Assembly (NCBI RefSeq): GCF_009914755.1
Contig: NC_060937.1
Direction: 5' to 3' (one strand)
From: the human T2T-CHM13v2.0 reference genome, Homo sapiens
DNA: 64,000 bases
Part shown: in pieces, positions 13,462 to 26,956 of the stretch
How the letters are laid out: each line of letters starts with the position of its first letter
Numbering within the stretch: position 1 is the stretch's first letter
The notes under the pieces: model-generated
Seen by the model: the letters and a program-made list of their open reading frames with translations, nothing else
What the model was told of the DNA's origin: nothing
Databases searched by the model: none
Translations under genes and position numbers: made by a program

Positions 13462-14540
13462 ATCTATCTATCTATCTATCTATCTATATAGTATATATAC
13501 TTACTGTAGTATATATACTACTTAGTGTAGTATATATATATACTTAGAATAATGATATTCTAATACCAATATTAGCTTAGAATATTACCTTATTCTAAGT
13601 GTGTGTGTATATATATATATATAAACATTTTATTTGTTTACTCATTGATTGATGGGCATTTGGGCTGGATCCACATTTTTGCAATTGTGTATTGTGCCGC
13701 TATAATCATGCTTGTGCAAGTGTCTTAGTCATAGAATGGCTTATTTTTCTCTTGGTAGATACCCAGTAGTGGGATTGCTGAATCAAACAGTAGATCTAGT
13801 TTTAGTTTTTTAGGAATCTCCATACTGCTTTTCATAGTGGTTGCACTAGTTTACATTTCCACCAGCAGTATTAAAGTGTTTCCTTTTCACCACATCCATG
13901 CCAACGTCTGTTAGTTTTGATTTTTAAATTATGGCCATTTTTGCATGTGGTATTGCATTGTGGTTTTGATTGCATTTCCCTGATTAGTGGGATTTTTGAA
14001 TTCCCCTGATTAGTGGTTTTGATTTGTATTTCACTAATTAGTGATGCTGAGCATTTTTTCATGTTTGATGGCCATTTGTATATCTTCTTTAGATAATTGT
14101 CTATTCATGTCCTTAGCACACGTTTTGATGGGATTATTTGTTTTTTTCTTGCTGATATATTTGAGTTCCTTTTATCTTCTAGATATTAGTCTTTTGCCAG
14201 ATACATAGTTTGCAAATATTTTCTCCCACTCTGTGTGTTGTCTGTTTACTCTGCTGATAATTTCTTTTGCTGTGCAGAAGCTTTTTAGTTCAATTAGGTC
14301 CCGCTTATTTATTTTTGTTTTTCTTGCACTTGCTTTTGGGTTCTTAGTCTTGAAGTCTTTGCCTAAAGCCAATGTCTAGAATAGTTTTTCCAATGTTATC
14401 TTCTGGAATTTTTATGGTTTCAGGTCTTAGATTTAAGTCTTTGATCTATCTTGAGTTGATTTTTGTATAACGTGAGAGATGAGGATCTAGTTTCATTCTT
14501 CTGCAAGTGGCTTACCAGTTATCCCAGCACTATTTGAATA
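13057..14540 (-). mobile_element. L1PB-type LINE-1, 5'-truncated (~1.5 kb)
   Basis: tttcaatagtttttgggga..caggtggtgttt 3' end; ORF 14172-14372 ([11 protein letters not shown]...[26 protein letters not shown]) and ORF 13871-14062 (MKKCS..LI.EIQIKTT) are L1 ORF2p C-terminal sequence. Confidence 0.92.
13425..13485. repeat. (CTAT)n tetranucleotide STR with one CAT interruption
   Basis: direct reading. Confidence 0.95.
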
Positions 14541-16306
14541 CACTTTAGAAACATCTCATGCTGTCTTTTTACAAATATTATTTGATTATATACAATCATT
14601 GAAAAACTCCTAAAGTCACAAATATCTTTTTCTCCCTCTCTTTGATATTCAGTTCCTACTCACCTGCACTTCCTATCCTTAAACGTAATTAATAAAGTAT
14701 AGCACTGTCAGTACTCAATAAATATCAGCTTTCTACTTTAGAGTCTGCATTTTGTGAATTAGATATCTGTTCTATCAACTAAATTGTTTTTCAGTCATTT
14801 GCTGAGTATATAGTGTCATTTTGGTAAGGCTATACAAACATTGGAATTATTGATTCTGGAAACTTGTAAAGTTGTTCTTTCTGTGTTTCTTTAATTATAC
14901 AATTACAGAAGAGCAAGTGTATTATAATTGTACAATGGGTTGGAATTTATTTTACTGAATTTTATTTCCTGTGATATCTTAAAACATGCACCCCTATTCA
15001 AATAATGTTTAAATTGTTTGTTAAATGTGAAAGTTATGATTTGATATGTATGTTACCTGTTACTGTGTAGAATTACTACTATCAAATCATAATTCCAATA
15101 CTGATATTAATTTTTTCTATAATTATGACATCAGAGTTGTATATTTTAGTATTATCTTACTCATCTACATGGAAACATATACACTAAAGTTAATTTTATC
15201 ACATAAAAAATTTTCTTAATTTATGAATTATTTTTCTATATTTATTTAAAAAATAATTAAATGCAATAGAGATATACTCTTTGAGGATGATTTTGAGCAT
15301 TTAATTACACTTTTAAAATTTAATTTTCTTCTTTAAAATACTCAAATTTCACTGATTTTATTTCAATTCACATATAACTTAAATTTAATACTAATTATTC
15401 TATTTATTGCTGTGTGGCAAATTGTGTTTACTAGACATAAAATTATGAAGATAATTTTTAAAGACCTGTGTATTTAATACATTAAAAGTCCATTTTATTC
15501 TATAATAAATAATTTGGCTAAATTTTCTAATTTTAATATATATTCCTACAAATATACTGTTCTATTATGGTAAATCATACAGGTAGATTTATTTTCCACA
15601 AATATTCAGTATGCCACGTATTCTCAGTTTCTCAGTGCATAAATAAACTTAACTTTGGCAGACAGAAATACTAAAACTTGAAGGGATTATTTGAAAAATA
15701 CTGTTGTTGACCTGTTAATAGGCATTAAATTAAGGTTAGTTTCTTTTCCTTTTGATAAATGTATGAATATCAAAAACTTGAGAAAATGTTTGTATTTTCC
15801 CTTAATATAACATGCAATACCCTTTTGTATTGTTGGAAAAATTCATATATTTGACTGCCAAATCAATTTTTTGCCCTATACTATTCTGCAGCTTAATAAC
15901 TCAATATTTTAGGCATTACTTTAACTTTCAGACTGCAGCTACCCTGTGTAGATGCTGAAAATATGTGCACATCTCTTACCTCCCTTAATTTCCCAGGAAT
16001 AAAAAGTTACAGAAATTTTGATTCCAGACTGAAAATATCACAATTTAGTTGCTGAAAGTTCACAAAATATATATATTTCAGTAGATACATTCTGCCATGA
16101 AGTTGGTATGAAGCAATGGAGAAGCTTGTAACACTTTAGGACTGATAACTTTGGGTGACATTCTAATCATATTCCAATTTCTGGATCTGTTATTCTTGAG
16201 GCCACTTTGTATTTCTATCCTTGGTGCATTGGAGATATTTTGTTTATTGGTTCAATTGTTGATTCATCCTTTCATTCTATAATTTCTTTTGTGTGTGCAG
16301 CTACTA

Positions 16307-16786
16307 TGAGCCAGCTAGGATCTCAACAAGCAAAATTTGGCACACTTCAAGGAGAAAATTGGAAAATGAAATAAAATGATATCTTAAAAAATGTGGGCAA
16401 AGTATAAAGAAATAGCAAAGATGTCACAGTATATTGAAGCTAGAAAGATTGGGAAGGTTTATCAGCAGATAGACCACAAATAACAAGGGAATAGAGTAAT
16501 TACCAGAGTCTGAAGAATAGGTGTTTGATATCAGCTTCCCTAGAGGAGTGTTGGCCTTTGGTGGATGGAGGCAGCTAACTCAGAAAATCTGGAGGGAGAA
16601 CACCAGGTGAGTAAATATGCCAACCTCATTATATTCAAGCTCACCTGCCATTAGCCAAATCCAGCTAGAACCTAAATGGCAAAGGAACCAAATCCACTCA
16701 TAGATACTGGCTTTCTGGGATACAGAGCAGAGTGCTGGGGGATGAATATTGGATGTGGATGAGCGCATAGAAAATATCTAGCTCAA
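16307..16786 (-). mobile_element. LTR33-like ERVL solo LTR
   Basis: ccattagccaaatccagctagaacctaaatggcaaagga...gatacagagcagag...aaaatatctagctca resembles the LTR33 terminus. Confidence 0.55.
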
Positions 16787-16799
16787 CAGAGAAAAACAT

Positions 16800-17860
16800 G
16801 GGCCCTCAACATTGATCCATGGATCACTACAATATAAAGTGATCAAGGTAAAGAGTGAGAAATATATAGCAGAACTTAGAAGTGGCCACTGAAGTTGGAG
16901 AAAAACCAGGTGGACATGGTATCCTGGAAGTTAAGTAAAGAATATGTGTGAAGGAGGAAGTGGACAACAATCTGAAAACCTGCTGAAAGCTCATTTAAGA
17001 CGAAAATTAAGAATTAGCTATTGGATTAAGCAATATGGTGGTCATTCATGACCTTGACAAGAAGAATTTAACTGGAGTTTGAGGAGAAATTCCTGATTAG
17101 TGCAGATTTAGATAGAAAGGAAAATAAAGTGTTAGAGACTTCATGCAGATTGAGCAGGAAGAAACATCAAAATAACAGCAAATATTAGGGCAATTTTTTT
17201 GAAATTAGGAACTGCAGTTAAGAAAGATTTTAAATAAAAACAAGAAAGAAGAGCACTTTTTATTCAGAGGGGGAATACTGGGGTGTTGGAATGTTGAAGA
17301 TACAGAATAGAAACTATGAAATCACAGGATCCATACATTTGAAGGTAAGAGGAGATGCAACCTAGTTCACAAGCAAAAACATAGGAGTGCCTTGGATAGA
17401 AGCTCATATATAGTAACAAACAGGAAAGCATATGTTCTTAGGCAGTGTATAGGTGATTCACTGCTATATGTTTCAATTTCTCAGACAAATTAAAAATCAG
17501 AGAATTAGGATAAGGAAGGAGTAAAATATTGAGGGAGTATACACTGTGAAATGCTTAGCTAGGAAAATAGGTAACCACTGCGCTTGAGAAATGTAGTTAC
17601 ATTTTGCTAGATATAAATAGCAGCCTATTTTTGTGGTACGATCATGAAATAAAACAAAGTCAGTTATTATGGTTTGTGCTTCCCCCCCCACCCCCGCCCA
17701 CCATTTATTCACGTGGGAGCTACCATAAAACAAATGGAGAGTTGACTTAGCCAGAATTAGATGCTGACAATAAGTTAAAAAGAGAGCTGGGCAAAGGAAA
17801 GTGAGAGAAAATGCAAGAGAACGATGATTGTGATGACTGATAATAAAGTTTAAGTTGAGA
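16800..17860 (-). mobile_element. L2 ORF2 fragment
   Basis: ggagaaaaaccagg...atcctggaag...ttggattaagcaatatggtggtcattcatgaccttgacaaga, antisense L2. Confidence 0.6.
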
Positions 17861-17865
17861 ATGTA

Positions 17866-18416
17866 TGTTGATCTCCAAGACTGCCATCAGTTTCCATGAT
17901 TCACTAGGAGGACTCCCAGTACCAGCATATAGTCATACTCATGGCTATGATTTATTACAGTGAAAGGATGCAAAGCAAAATCTACAGGGAGATTTGCATG
18001 GGGCAATGTCCTGGTTAAACCAGGCACCAGTTTTTAAAGGCCCTCTTCCAATAAAGTCAAACAGGACATAAATAATCCTACCAGAAAGAAGCTGTGACAA
18101 CATCTATGAAGTGTTCTCTACTGGGGAAGCTCATTACAGACCCAGTGCCCAGGGTTTCTCTTGTAGATTGGACATGTGAGTACCCTCTGTTTGGTGTATA
18201 GAAAAATGACAGACTCTCAGAAGTTATGCAGGCATTCAGCACAAACTACATTGTTTCTACAAGCAATTTAGGCACAATAACCCGCTTTTATCAATTATGG
18301 TAGTAGAAACTGACTCAAAATCAGTTCCCAGATACCAGTCAGAGGCCAACCTTAAGAGCAGATGGTTTTGAGGATAAGTGGTCTCAGACTTGCTATTGTT
18401 AACACCTTTCTGCACA
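17866..18416 (-). mobile_element. MER21-family LTR
   Basis: tgttg..ctccaagac...gattcactaggaggactc...tcatactcatggctatgatttattacagtgaaaggat...ttaacacctttctgcaca; TG...CA ends. Confidence 0.78.
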
Positions 18417-18600
18417 TACGGAAAAAATAAACGACACTCTGGGGTGAAAGAAACTGAAAAGTTGTTGGAAACATTGGATTATAGAATTTTCATTCTATAA
18501 TGAAATTATAGAATGGATTAGAGGTAACAGAGGTGATGAGTTGAAAAGATAAGAGGTAACCGATTTTGGTCAGATAGTGGGAAGCTTAAAAATGAAATTA

Positions 18601-18828
<228 letters not shown>

Positions 18829-18839
18829 TTATGGAAGCA

Positions 18840-19120
18840 TTGAAGCCACTAGAAATTACAGGGTGAATGACTATGAAATGGTGAAGGATAAGAGTAATGG
18901 AAGACAATATTTCATGAAACTCAAGAGACGAGAGTGTGGGAAGGATAGTCTACATGTATGTTAAAATCACTAAATATTAAGATAGAATAGGATTTCAGAG
19001 AATAACATTGAGTCAGGATTTTTAAAAATCATTGAGAAGTGAAGGAAAGTAACACTAGGGGTCACTGGATAGATGGCTGCACGTGTTGTATGTCCAGTGT
19101 TAATCTGATGACTTGGATTT
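18840..19120 (-). mobile_element. L2 fragment (continuation)
   Basis: purine-rich, antisense L2-like: gtctacatgtatgttaaaatcac...ggatagatggctgca. Confidence 0.4.
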
Positions 19121-19554
19121 TTACTGAAAATCAGCAGAGTACGGTGATACAAAAAAGAACCCCTCGGGCAAAAAACCAAAAATGTGATAGCAATAAAAAT
19201 TTTCTGTAAAGATAGTTTGTTCTCATTTTCTAGTGATCTCATCTAAAGTTTATTGTATGACAACTCTCTTCCTAAGGCTGTGTTACATATTTTAAAGGAA
19301 GAAAAACTGATTGAAAGCAACAATGAGAATTAAGAAATACCCTACTCTATCTTTAGTCTTAAAGTTATAAAGTTTGCAAAATTTAAAAAAACAGCCATTA
19401 TTTATGAGGGCTTCAGAGAAAGGAGTCTCACAATTCTGGGTATTTTGATTACATGTACCTGGGGTATTATGATATTAAAATCAATAAGGAGATTCATTTA
19501 TATATCTCATCAATTGAAATTAAATTAGTTTATTCCTAGATTCATACCTATACC

Positions 19555-19775
19555 CAGATCTGTCTTCTTAATCTCAGACTCACACATTCACCTGCATAAT
19601 TTCCTCCTATCAAGAGCTCTTCCTGTAGACTTGCCCCTTTAAGGAAATGCAATGCCAACTTTGTAGGTGCTGAGTGCAAAAGCTTTATCATCCTTGGCTC
19701 TTCTCTTGCACCCTCTGCAACCTTATCTTGGGCAAATCCCATTGACTCTACCTTCAAACTATATCCAAAAATGCT
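19555..19775 (+). mobile_element. L2 fragment
   Basis: tcatccttggctcttctct...gcaaatcccattgactctaccttcaaactatatcc. Confidence 0.6.
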
Positions 19776-19899
19776 GGAGTGAGCAGCAACATGCATGCAT
19801 GTGTTGGATGAATGTTCTGGCTTGTGACCAAAATCTGTACACTATGAAGAGTTGATTTTAAATTTCAATCAAGAATTATACCTTTTTATGTGTCTACGA

Positions 19900-20240
19900 G
19901 CTTACTGTAGATAAAGTTTCCCCAGAAAACCTGGATACAAATCCAAAAAATAAAAATCGTTTGGAGGCTTCCAAGTGCTGCTAAGGCAGCCAGAGCCTGA
20001 GGAGCCAAGATTCCAGGGAGCAGACGACTCCATCCTGGTGAGCCCAGCATTTTGTGTCATGTTTTTCTTCTCTGTGCCTTTGCCTACTTTGGCACATGGT
20101 GAATCTCAGGGGTGACTGAGAAGATAGAGGGTGGCAGAAAAGAGAGAAGTCAATAAAGCTTGCAACAATATTACAGAGATAAAAAGGTAAAAAAAAAAAA
20201 ATTGAAGTTGCAGGTTATAAAGGCATTCAGGATTTGAGAC
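19900..20240 (+). mobile_element. old L1M (L1MC/MD-like) 5' region fragment
   Basis: cctgaggagccaagattccagggag...ggtgagcccagcattttgtgtc resembles L1M 5' sequences. Confidence 0.45.
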
Positions 20241-21223
20241 AAGTTTCCTGAGAAACAACAGATGGAGGGAAATGAGGATGACGTTGCCTTTCTTACCTTT
20301 AAATCAGGTGGTGAATTTGTAAGCTGTGCACTACAAGGGGCAAATGAGAAAGCAGTATCCACTTCAAAACAGATTAGAGTTTAAGGTAGAATAATAGTAC
20401 TTGTGACTTACACTGATAGCAAAAACATTCAGTTCCATTGAGGGAGAAGGAAAGGAAAATGTTTGAATTCTCTTTTGATGAAATTTTTAATCTTGGAAAA
20501 TGATCAGAGTTCACTTCTCTAAACATTAGTCTCCATCCATAGTTACTTTAATTTTTACTCTTTTTTCATGACACTTCTATATCTATTTAATCACTTCAAC
20601 TATTGATCTATATTGAATTTTTTTCTTGCTAATTTAAGATCTCCTGGAAATAAATGAAGTATCATAGTCAATGTTTTATCCACCAGGTATATGAGAAGCA
20701 TTTTGTACATGGAAATTGCAAGAAGATTACCTAACAAGTGTGTTCTGAAATATTTACAAATAAAAATAGATGATAAATGTATTTTATCATTATACATCAC
20801 ATGAAGGATGTTATATTGGCAAGAATAAAGAAATGCAGAACTATTATTTAAAGTTAAAATGGAACTACTGATAACATATTCCAAACATATACACATTTCT
20901 CTCCCTATTTTACAAAGTAGAAATCAAATGGCCTGAGTAATAATCTACTGCATTTGTTTATAGAATAACAATCTTAGTTTGCCAAGTTGTAGAATGTCGT
21001 AAGGAATAATTACTGAGTAAAACAAAAACAGAAAACTCTCATCAAAGCTCCAGAAATACTGACTCAAACTTTGTAAAACTCCTTTGTTTGTTCACATAAA
21101 ATTCATTTTACTGTTATTTATCCGTTTACTTGAATTTGTGAGTCTAAAATAATGTACATTATTTAGATTTTTACAACTTTATATTATTAATAACTAAAGT
21201 TGAATACAAAATTATCTTGCTAC

Positions 21224-22008
21224 CCAGGGCCCCCTTGGGCCTCTGCCCCCTGCACTCCAGTGCAGCACCCCTCTGCCAGCTCAGCTGTGGTTCAAGAGGC
21301 CCGAGGTGCCACTCGACTTGCCTCTCCAAGAGGTACCAGCCACAAATCTTGAAGGTGTCTACATGGTGTTAATTCTGCAGCTCCCCAGCATGCCAGAGCT
21401 ATGGAGGGATGGCAGCTTCTGCCTTTCAAAGGATGTATTGAACAGGCTGTGGGCCCAGGCAGACTCGTTGTAGGGGTGGAGCCACCGCAGAGAGCCCCTG
21501 CCAGGGCAATGCTGAGTGGAGCTGCAGAACCTGGACCACCACCAATAACTCAGAACTGTAGCATTACAAAGGTACAATGCTAATTTGGGAAAGCTGAGAC
21601 ATGAGCAAAGTTCAGGAAAACTGTGGAGGTGGGGCTGCCTCCGGCCTTCGGGACCCAAATGCTTCACCAGTGTGTGGAGGATGCTGGATATGGAATCAAG
21701 AAAGATCACCCTCCAGCTTTAAGATTTAGTGTCTGCCTTCAGGTTTTGGACTTTCTTGGGACCTTGAACCTCTTTCTTTAGGCCCATTTCTCCCTTTTTG
21801 AATGGGAATATCTACTCTATGCTTATCCTGCCACTGTGTCTTGAAACTAGATAGTTTGTTTTGATATCACATATAGGACTCTGGAGTTTAGACCTTTGAG
21901 TTGATGCTGGAATGAATTAAAACTTTGAGGCTATGGGAATATAGATAAAAATAAATAAATACATTTGTATATGAGAAGGACATAAGTTTTCAAGGACCAA
22001 CGGCTGAA
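21224..22008 (+). mobile_element. MaLR (MST-type) internal region, 3' part
   Basis: GC-richer block with ggggtggagccaccgcagagagcccctgccagggcaatg and gttgatgctggaatgaattaaaacttt; abuts the LTR at 22009. Confidence 0.85.
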
Positions 22009-22294
22009 TGCTATGGTTTGAATGATTGGCCCCTCCAAAACTCCTGTTGGAACTTAATCCCCAATGTAGCAGTATTGAGAGGTGAGACCTTTAAGAGGTG
22101 ATTGTGTCATGAAAGCTCTGGCCTCATGAATACATTAATCCAATCATGGATTGATGGAATAATGGGTTAATGCACTAATGGAATATCATGGCTGTTTGAC
22201 TGGTGACTTTATTCAAAATGGGAAGAGCCTGCAGTGAGCTGTGATCGTCCCACTGCACTCCAAGCTGGGAGACAGAACAAGGCCCTGTCTCAAA

Positions 22295-22325
<31 letters not shown>

Positions 22326-22560
22326 AAAGAAAAAAATAGAAGGGGAAACCTGAGCTATCACACTCAGCCCCTTTCCATGTCCTATTCTATGCCATCTTTA
22401 GACTCTGAAGAGAGACCCCACCCGCAAGAAATCTGTCAGCAGATGTGGCCCTTCAACCTTGGACTATTCAACCTCCAGAACTGTAAAAAGTAAATTCTTT
22501 TTCTTTACAAATTATGCAATTTTAGGTATTCTGCTACAAGTAACAGAAAATGGATTAAGA
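22009..22560 (+). mobile_element. MST-family (MSTC/D-like) 3' LTR, interrupted by an Alu fragment
   Basis: starts tgctatggtttgaatg..ccctccaaaactc; ends acctccagaactgtaa...ggtattctg...aacagaaaatggattaaga. Confidence 0.85.
22229..22332 (+). mobile_element. severely 5'-truncated Alu (last ~63 nt plus A tail)
   Basis: ctgcagtgagctgtgatcgtcccactgcactcca...ccctgtctc, then a long A run; imperfect TSD aaaatgggaagag / aaaatagaaggg. Confidence 0.9.
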
Positions 22561-22746
22561 AAGTTGGTAAACATTTTCCTTAGGGATATATAGTAAATAT
22601 TTTAAGATTTATGGTCTGTGTTCCAACAACTTTACTTTGCCATTGAAGTGTGAAAGCAACAATAGACAATACATATACTAATGAGTGGCCCTGTGTTCCT
22701 ATAAAACTTTGAATTTGGCCCCCAACACATCACTTGACAACCTATG
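22561..22746 (+). mobile_element. MER58A hAT-Charlie MITE
   Basis: gttggtaaacatttt...atagtaaatatttta...tgtgaaagca.caatagacaatac...ctgtgttcctataaaacttt...atttggccc. Confidence 0.75.
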
Positions 22747-22875
22747 CTCATAGTTTAATTCAAGGGAATCTTTTTATTGTTATATTTTTTGTTTGTTTAT
22801 ATTTACATCTTAAGTATTACTACCTTACTTCAGATAAATTTCATGTAGCATTTATCACTTTGTTACTGTTAAGAG

Positions 22876-23805
<930 letters not shown>

Positions 23806-23869
23806 AGAATATCCTAACTGATCTGCCTAATTTATAGTCTGCATTTTACTGAGACTAAGATACGTTTAA

Positions 23870-24467
23870 ATATAAAGAGCTGATCAAGTCATCTCTCAGC
23901 ATCTGCCATAATATAAACTTAAAAAAAAAATCTTACCCTAGTCATAATGTCCCCCTTTATCTGGTTTTTCTATCCCTTCCATCCCTCTCCAACCCCTATC
24001 TAGCTTTAAATTTTACCATTTCCCTTTTCCTATCATGCCCCAATCATTAAAAATTGTTCTATTTTCTCTCAACATTACCATGTTCCTCTTAGATTCTGCA
24101 CATTTATAAGTGAAGTTTTCTCTGCTTAAGACACTTTTTTCCTCTCCTTTTCACTTGGTTAAGTCCTACTAAACTTTCACTTCTCAATTTAAAAGTTAGT
24201 TTCTTTTTTCTCACAAGGCCTTTCCCTCACAGCCTATGCTGGCAGTATTGGTTTGTTCTCTCTAAATCCTGTGTGTCCTTTACTGTAGAACTTACTGTAT
24301 TCATGTCAATGCTTATTTGTTTTCTGCATTCTGTTTTAAGCTCTATGATGGAGGATCTGCATCACTGGTCCTCTAATACCTAAAGCATTTTTAATATAAA
24401 TGATAGGAATATAATATTTTCACAATGAATATTTATTTAATAATGAATTGATTAATAAATGGATGAA
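23870..24467 (+). mobile_element. L2 3' end
   Basis: tctctgcttaagacact...cacttggttaagtcctact..., ending in an aatgaat/taaatggatgaa tail. Confidence 0.55.
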
Positions 24468-24999
24468 AAATTTGTGTGGAATAAAGGAGCTGAGGAACAC
24501 AGTAAATGATTGTATGGGATATAAAGAAAAAAAGTAAATCTAAGATGACAGGCAGAATAGTGATACCATATAAAAACAGGGATGTGAGGGAAAAAATAAT
24601 TTATAGGAAATTATAGTTATTCCAGTTTAAGAATAGGACACTTAAATTGAAATTATATAGTTAAGTGTAAATACTCATCAAAACTTAGGAATGCAGAACT
24701 AGAACGTAGAGTATGGAAGCCTGGATCAATAGACAATTCTAGAAGCAAATATCATTACAAAGTTAAAGTGTAACATAGAGGATATAAAGAGAAAAAATTC
24801 TCTTTTTTGAATGATATGAGAACATTCTGACTAATAATTATGGGGTTAGAAAGTAATACTAACTCAATCATCACTGGAATAACTGTTTTTATCCTCTTTG
24901 CTTTTTAAATTAATTGTCATGTAAACAATCAAGGCAGCAGAAGAAAATAATATTAGAGACAGTTAAAAATGAAAATGACAGACATTGAGCAACAAGCAG

Positions 25000-25125
25000 A
25001 AGAAGAAATCAGGCTTAGAACATCTAAGTATAGTACTACAAGGCAATCAGTCAGTAGATGGGACCAGAATTCAAGCCCAGGCAGCTGTCCAACTCCAAGG
25101 CATGCACTTTTTACACAATGTTGCA
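25000..25125 (-). mobile_element. MIR
   Basis: ccagaattcaagcccaggcag...actccaaggcatgcactttttacac. Confidence 0.6.
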
Positions 25126-26212
25126 AATTTATAAAAATGAAGTAATGCTGAGTACTTTTATAAGATCCAGTTGGGATAGTATAACACAAATCTATAGTGA
25201 CTTATATCAGGATAACCTAGGAATTGTGTGAAATACAGAGAATTCAGTCAGGTGATTTGAGAAATATTTTGATGGAGGTTAAAGGATTTTGGAGTTCGAA
25301 GTAACAGAAAAAAATTAACATTTAAGAAAATGTAACAAAATCATTTGGTTGGGGAATGTGAGAGAATTGGAAGAAGAAAGTCAAAGAAGTTAAAGGAAGT
25401 TAAGAAACTTAAAGGTCAATCTTTTGAAGGTAAGCTTTATCTAAGATGTGTTAGAGCTGGTTGATCACGGATATGGCAGAAAATGGAACTTGAGGAAACC
25501 AGAAAAGAGTCTTAATTTCTTGCTCAAAAGGTGATCTTTACATTAATGTTGTCATGAATAAAATCACAGAAGCCAAATTGTGCTCATCATAGAATTTCTA
25601 ATAGGTGATAGATGTTATCATCAATGGTTGCAAGTTAGCAGTGCACACTCAGATGAAGGAAATTCTGCAGTAACTAGAGAAATTTTATATTTGCTTGAAC
25701 TGAAATCTCACTTCCAGGAATCTACCCCAAAGATACACTACCAAAAATATAAAATGAGATTGTAATTAATGGCCTAATTGCTCCCATAGCAACATTGCAA
25801 ATATGCAAAAGTAGAGAAGTTAATAAATACATTATGATACATTTACAAAGCAAATATTTAAGAAAAAAAGAATGAGGATAATCTTCTATTCTGTTAGGTA
25901 GGATTTTCACAACATAAGTTACCAAAAAAATAAGTTAGCAAAAAAATAATATTGCCAAGGATTTTTTATAGCATACTACATCATATGTTCTAAATAGAGG
26001 TATAATCAAACATATTTGCTTAGATATGGTCTCAAAAGGAAACCGTGGAAAGGTAAAGCAAAAATTAATTTAAAATTGTAATCTATGTATATAAAAGAGA
26101 GAATAAGGTGGAGGGAGAATTAGAGGGATTTTTATCACGTAGGCAAAGTGTTAATATATTCAATTTCTGTGAATATACTTTAACGATTTTGATTTGAGTA
26201 AAAAGCAAAAGT

Positions 26213-26253
26213 TATATATATATAAAATATATATATATACACACACACACATA

Positions 26254-26290
<37 letters not shown>
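26213..26290. repeat. compound (TA)n/(CA)n microsatellite at an Alu tail
   Basis: direct reading. Confidence 0.93.
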
Positions 26291-26307
<17 letters not shown>

Positions 26308-26601
26308 TTGCTGGGGGAACAGAGTCTCACGTTGTTACCCATGCTGAAGTGCAGTGGTATAATCATAGCTCACTGCAGCCAGGAATTCATAAGCTGGAGT
26401 AATTCTCCCATCTCAGCCTCCTGTGTAGCTAGAACTACAGGCACATGTGAACACACCCAGCTAATTCTTTTCATTTTTTGTAGAGACAGGATCTAGCTTT
26501 TTTGCCCAGACTGGTCTTGAAGTCCAACAATCCGCAAGCAGTCCTCCCACCTTGGCCTCCCAAAATGCTGAGATTAAAGGCATGAGCCACTGAGCCTGGC
26601 C
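26290..26601 (-). mobile_element. AluJ
   Basis: poly(T), cagagtctcac...aatcatagctcactgcagcc...catgagccactgagcctggcc; AluJ diagnostics, diverged. Confidence 0.93.
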
Positions 26602-26890
26602 AAGAGGGTTTCTAAAATCCTAAACATTAAAGAAACACTAAGTGAAACAAATTTAATCATATAGCTACTTCACAACATAACTAGACAGGAAAATGTTTCA
26701 AATAATTTCAGATTATACTAGAGACCTTTCACTTAAACAGCAATTAAATCTTAAAAAAAAAAAAAAAACAGGAATTTGTATTCACGTAATGACCAGAAAC
26801 CTTTTTCAACTATTGTAAAATGAAAGAATATATGTATCTAATTCTTTTCCCACCAAGAAAAACCCTGGAACATGACTAAAATACAACAGC

Positions 26891-26937
<47 letters not shown>

Positions 26938-26956
26938 ATCTATCTATCATCTATCT
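26891..26956. repeat. (ATCT)n tetranucleotide STR
   Basis: direct reading. Confidence 0.95.

Noticed and set aside
16813-16826. 14-bp palindrome tgatccatggatca; also the 8-bp-stem hairpin at 36281-36300
   Set aside because: A few palindromes of this size are expected by chance in 64 kb.
21359-21709. 116-aa ORF in a GC-richer block
   Set aside because: It lies antisense within the MaLR internal sequence.
22241-22262. gtgatcgtcccactgcactcca shared by the Alu stub and the AluJ at ~34706
   Set aside because: Flanking positions differ and CpG-site mutations recur, so evidence for gene conversion or copying is insufficient.
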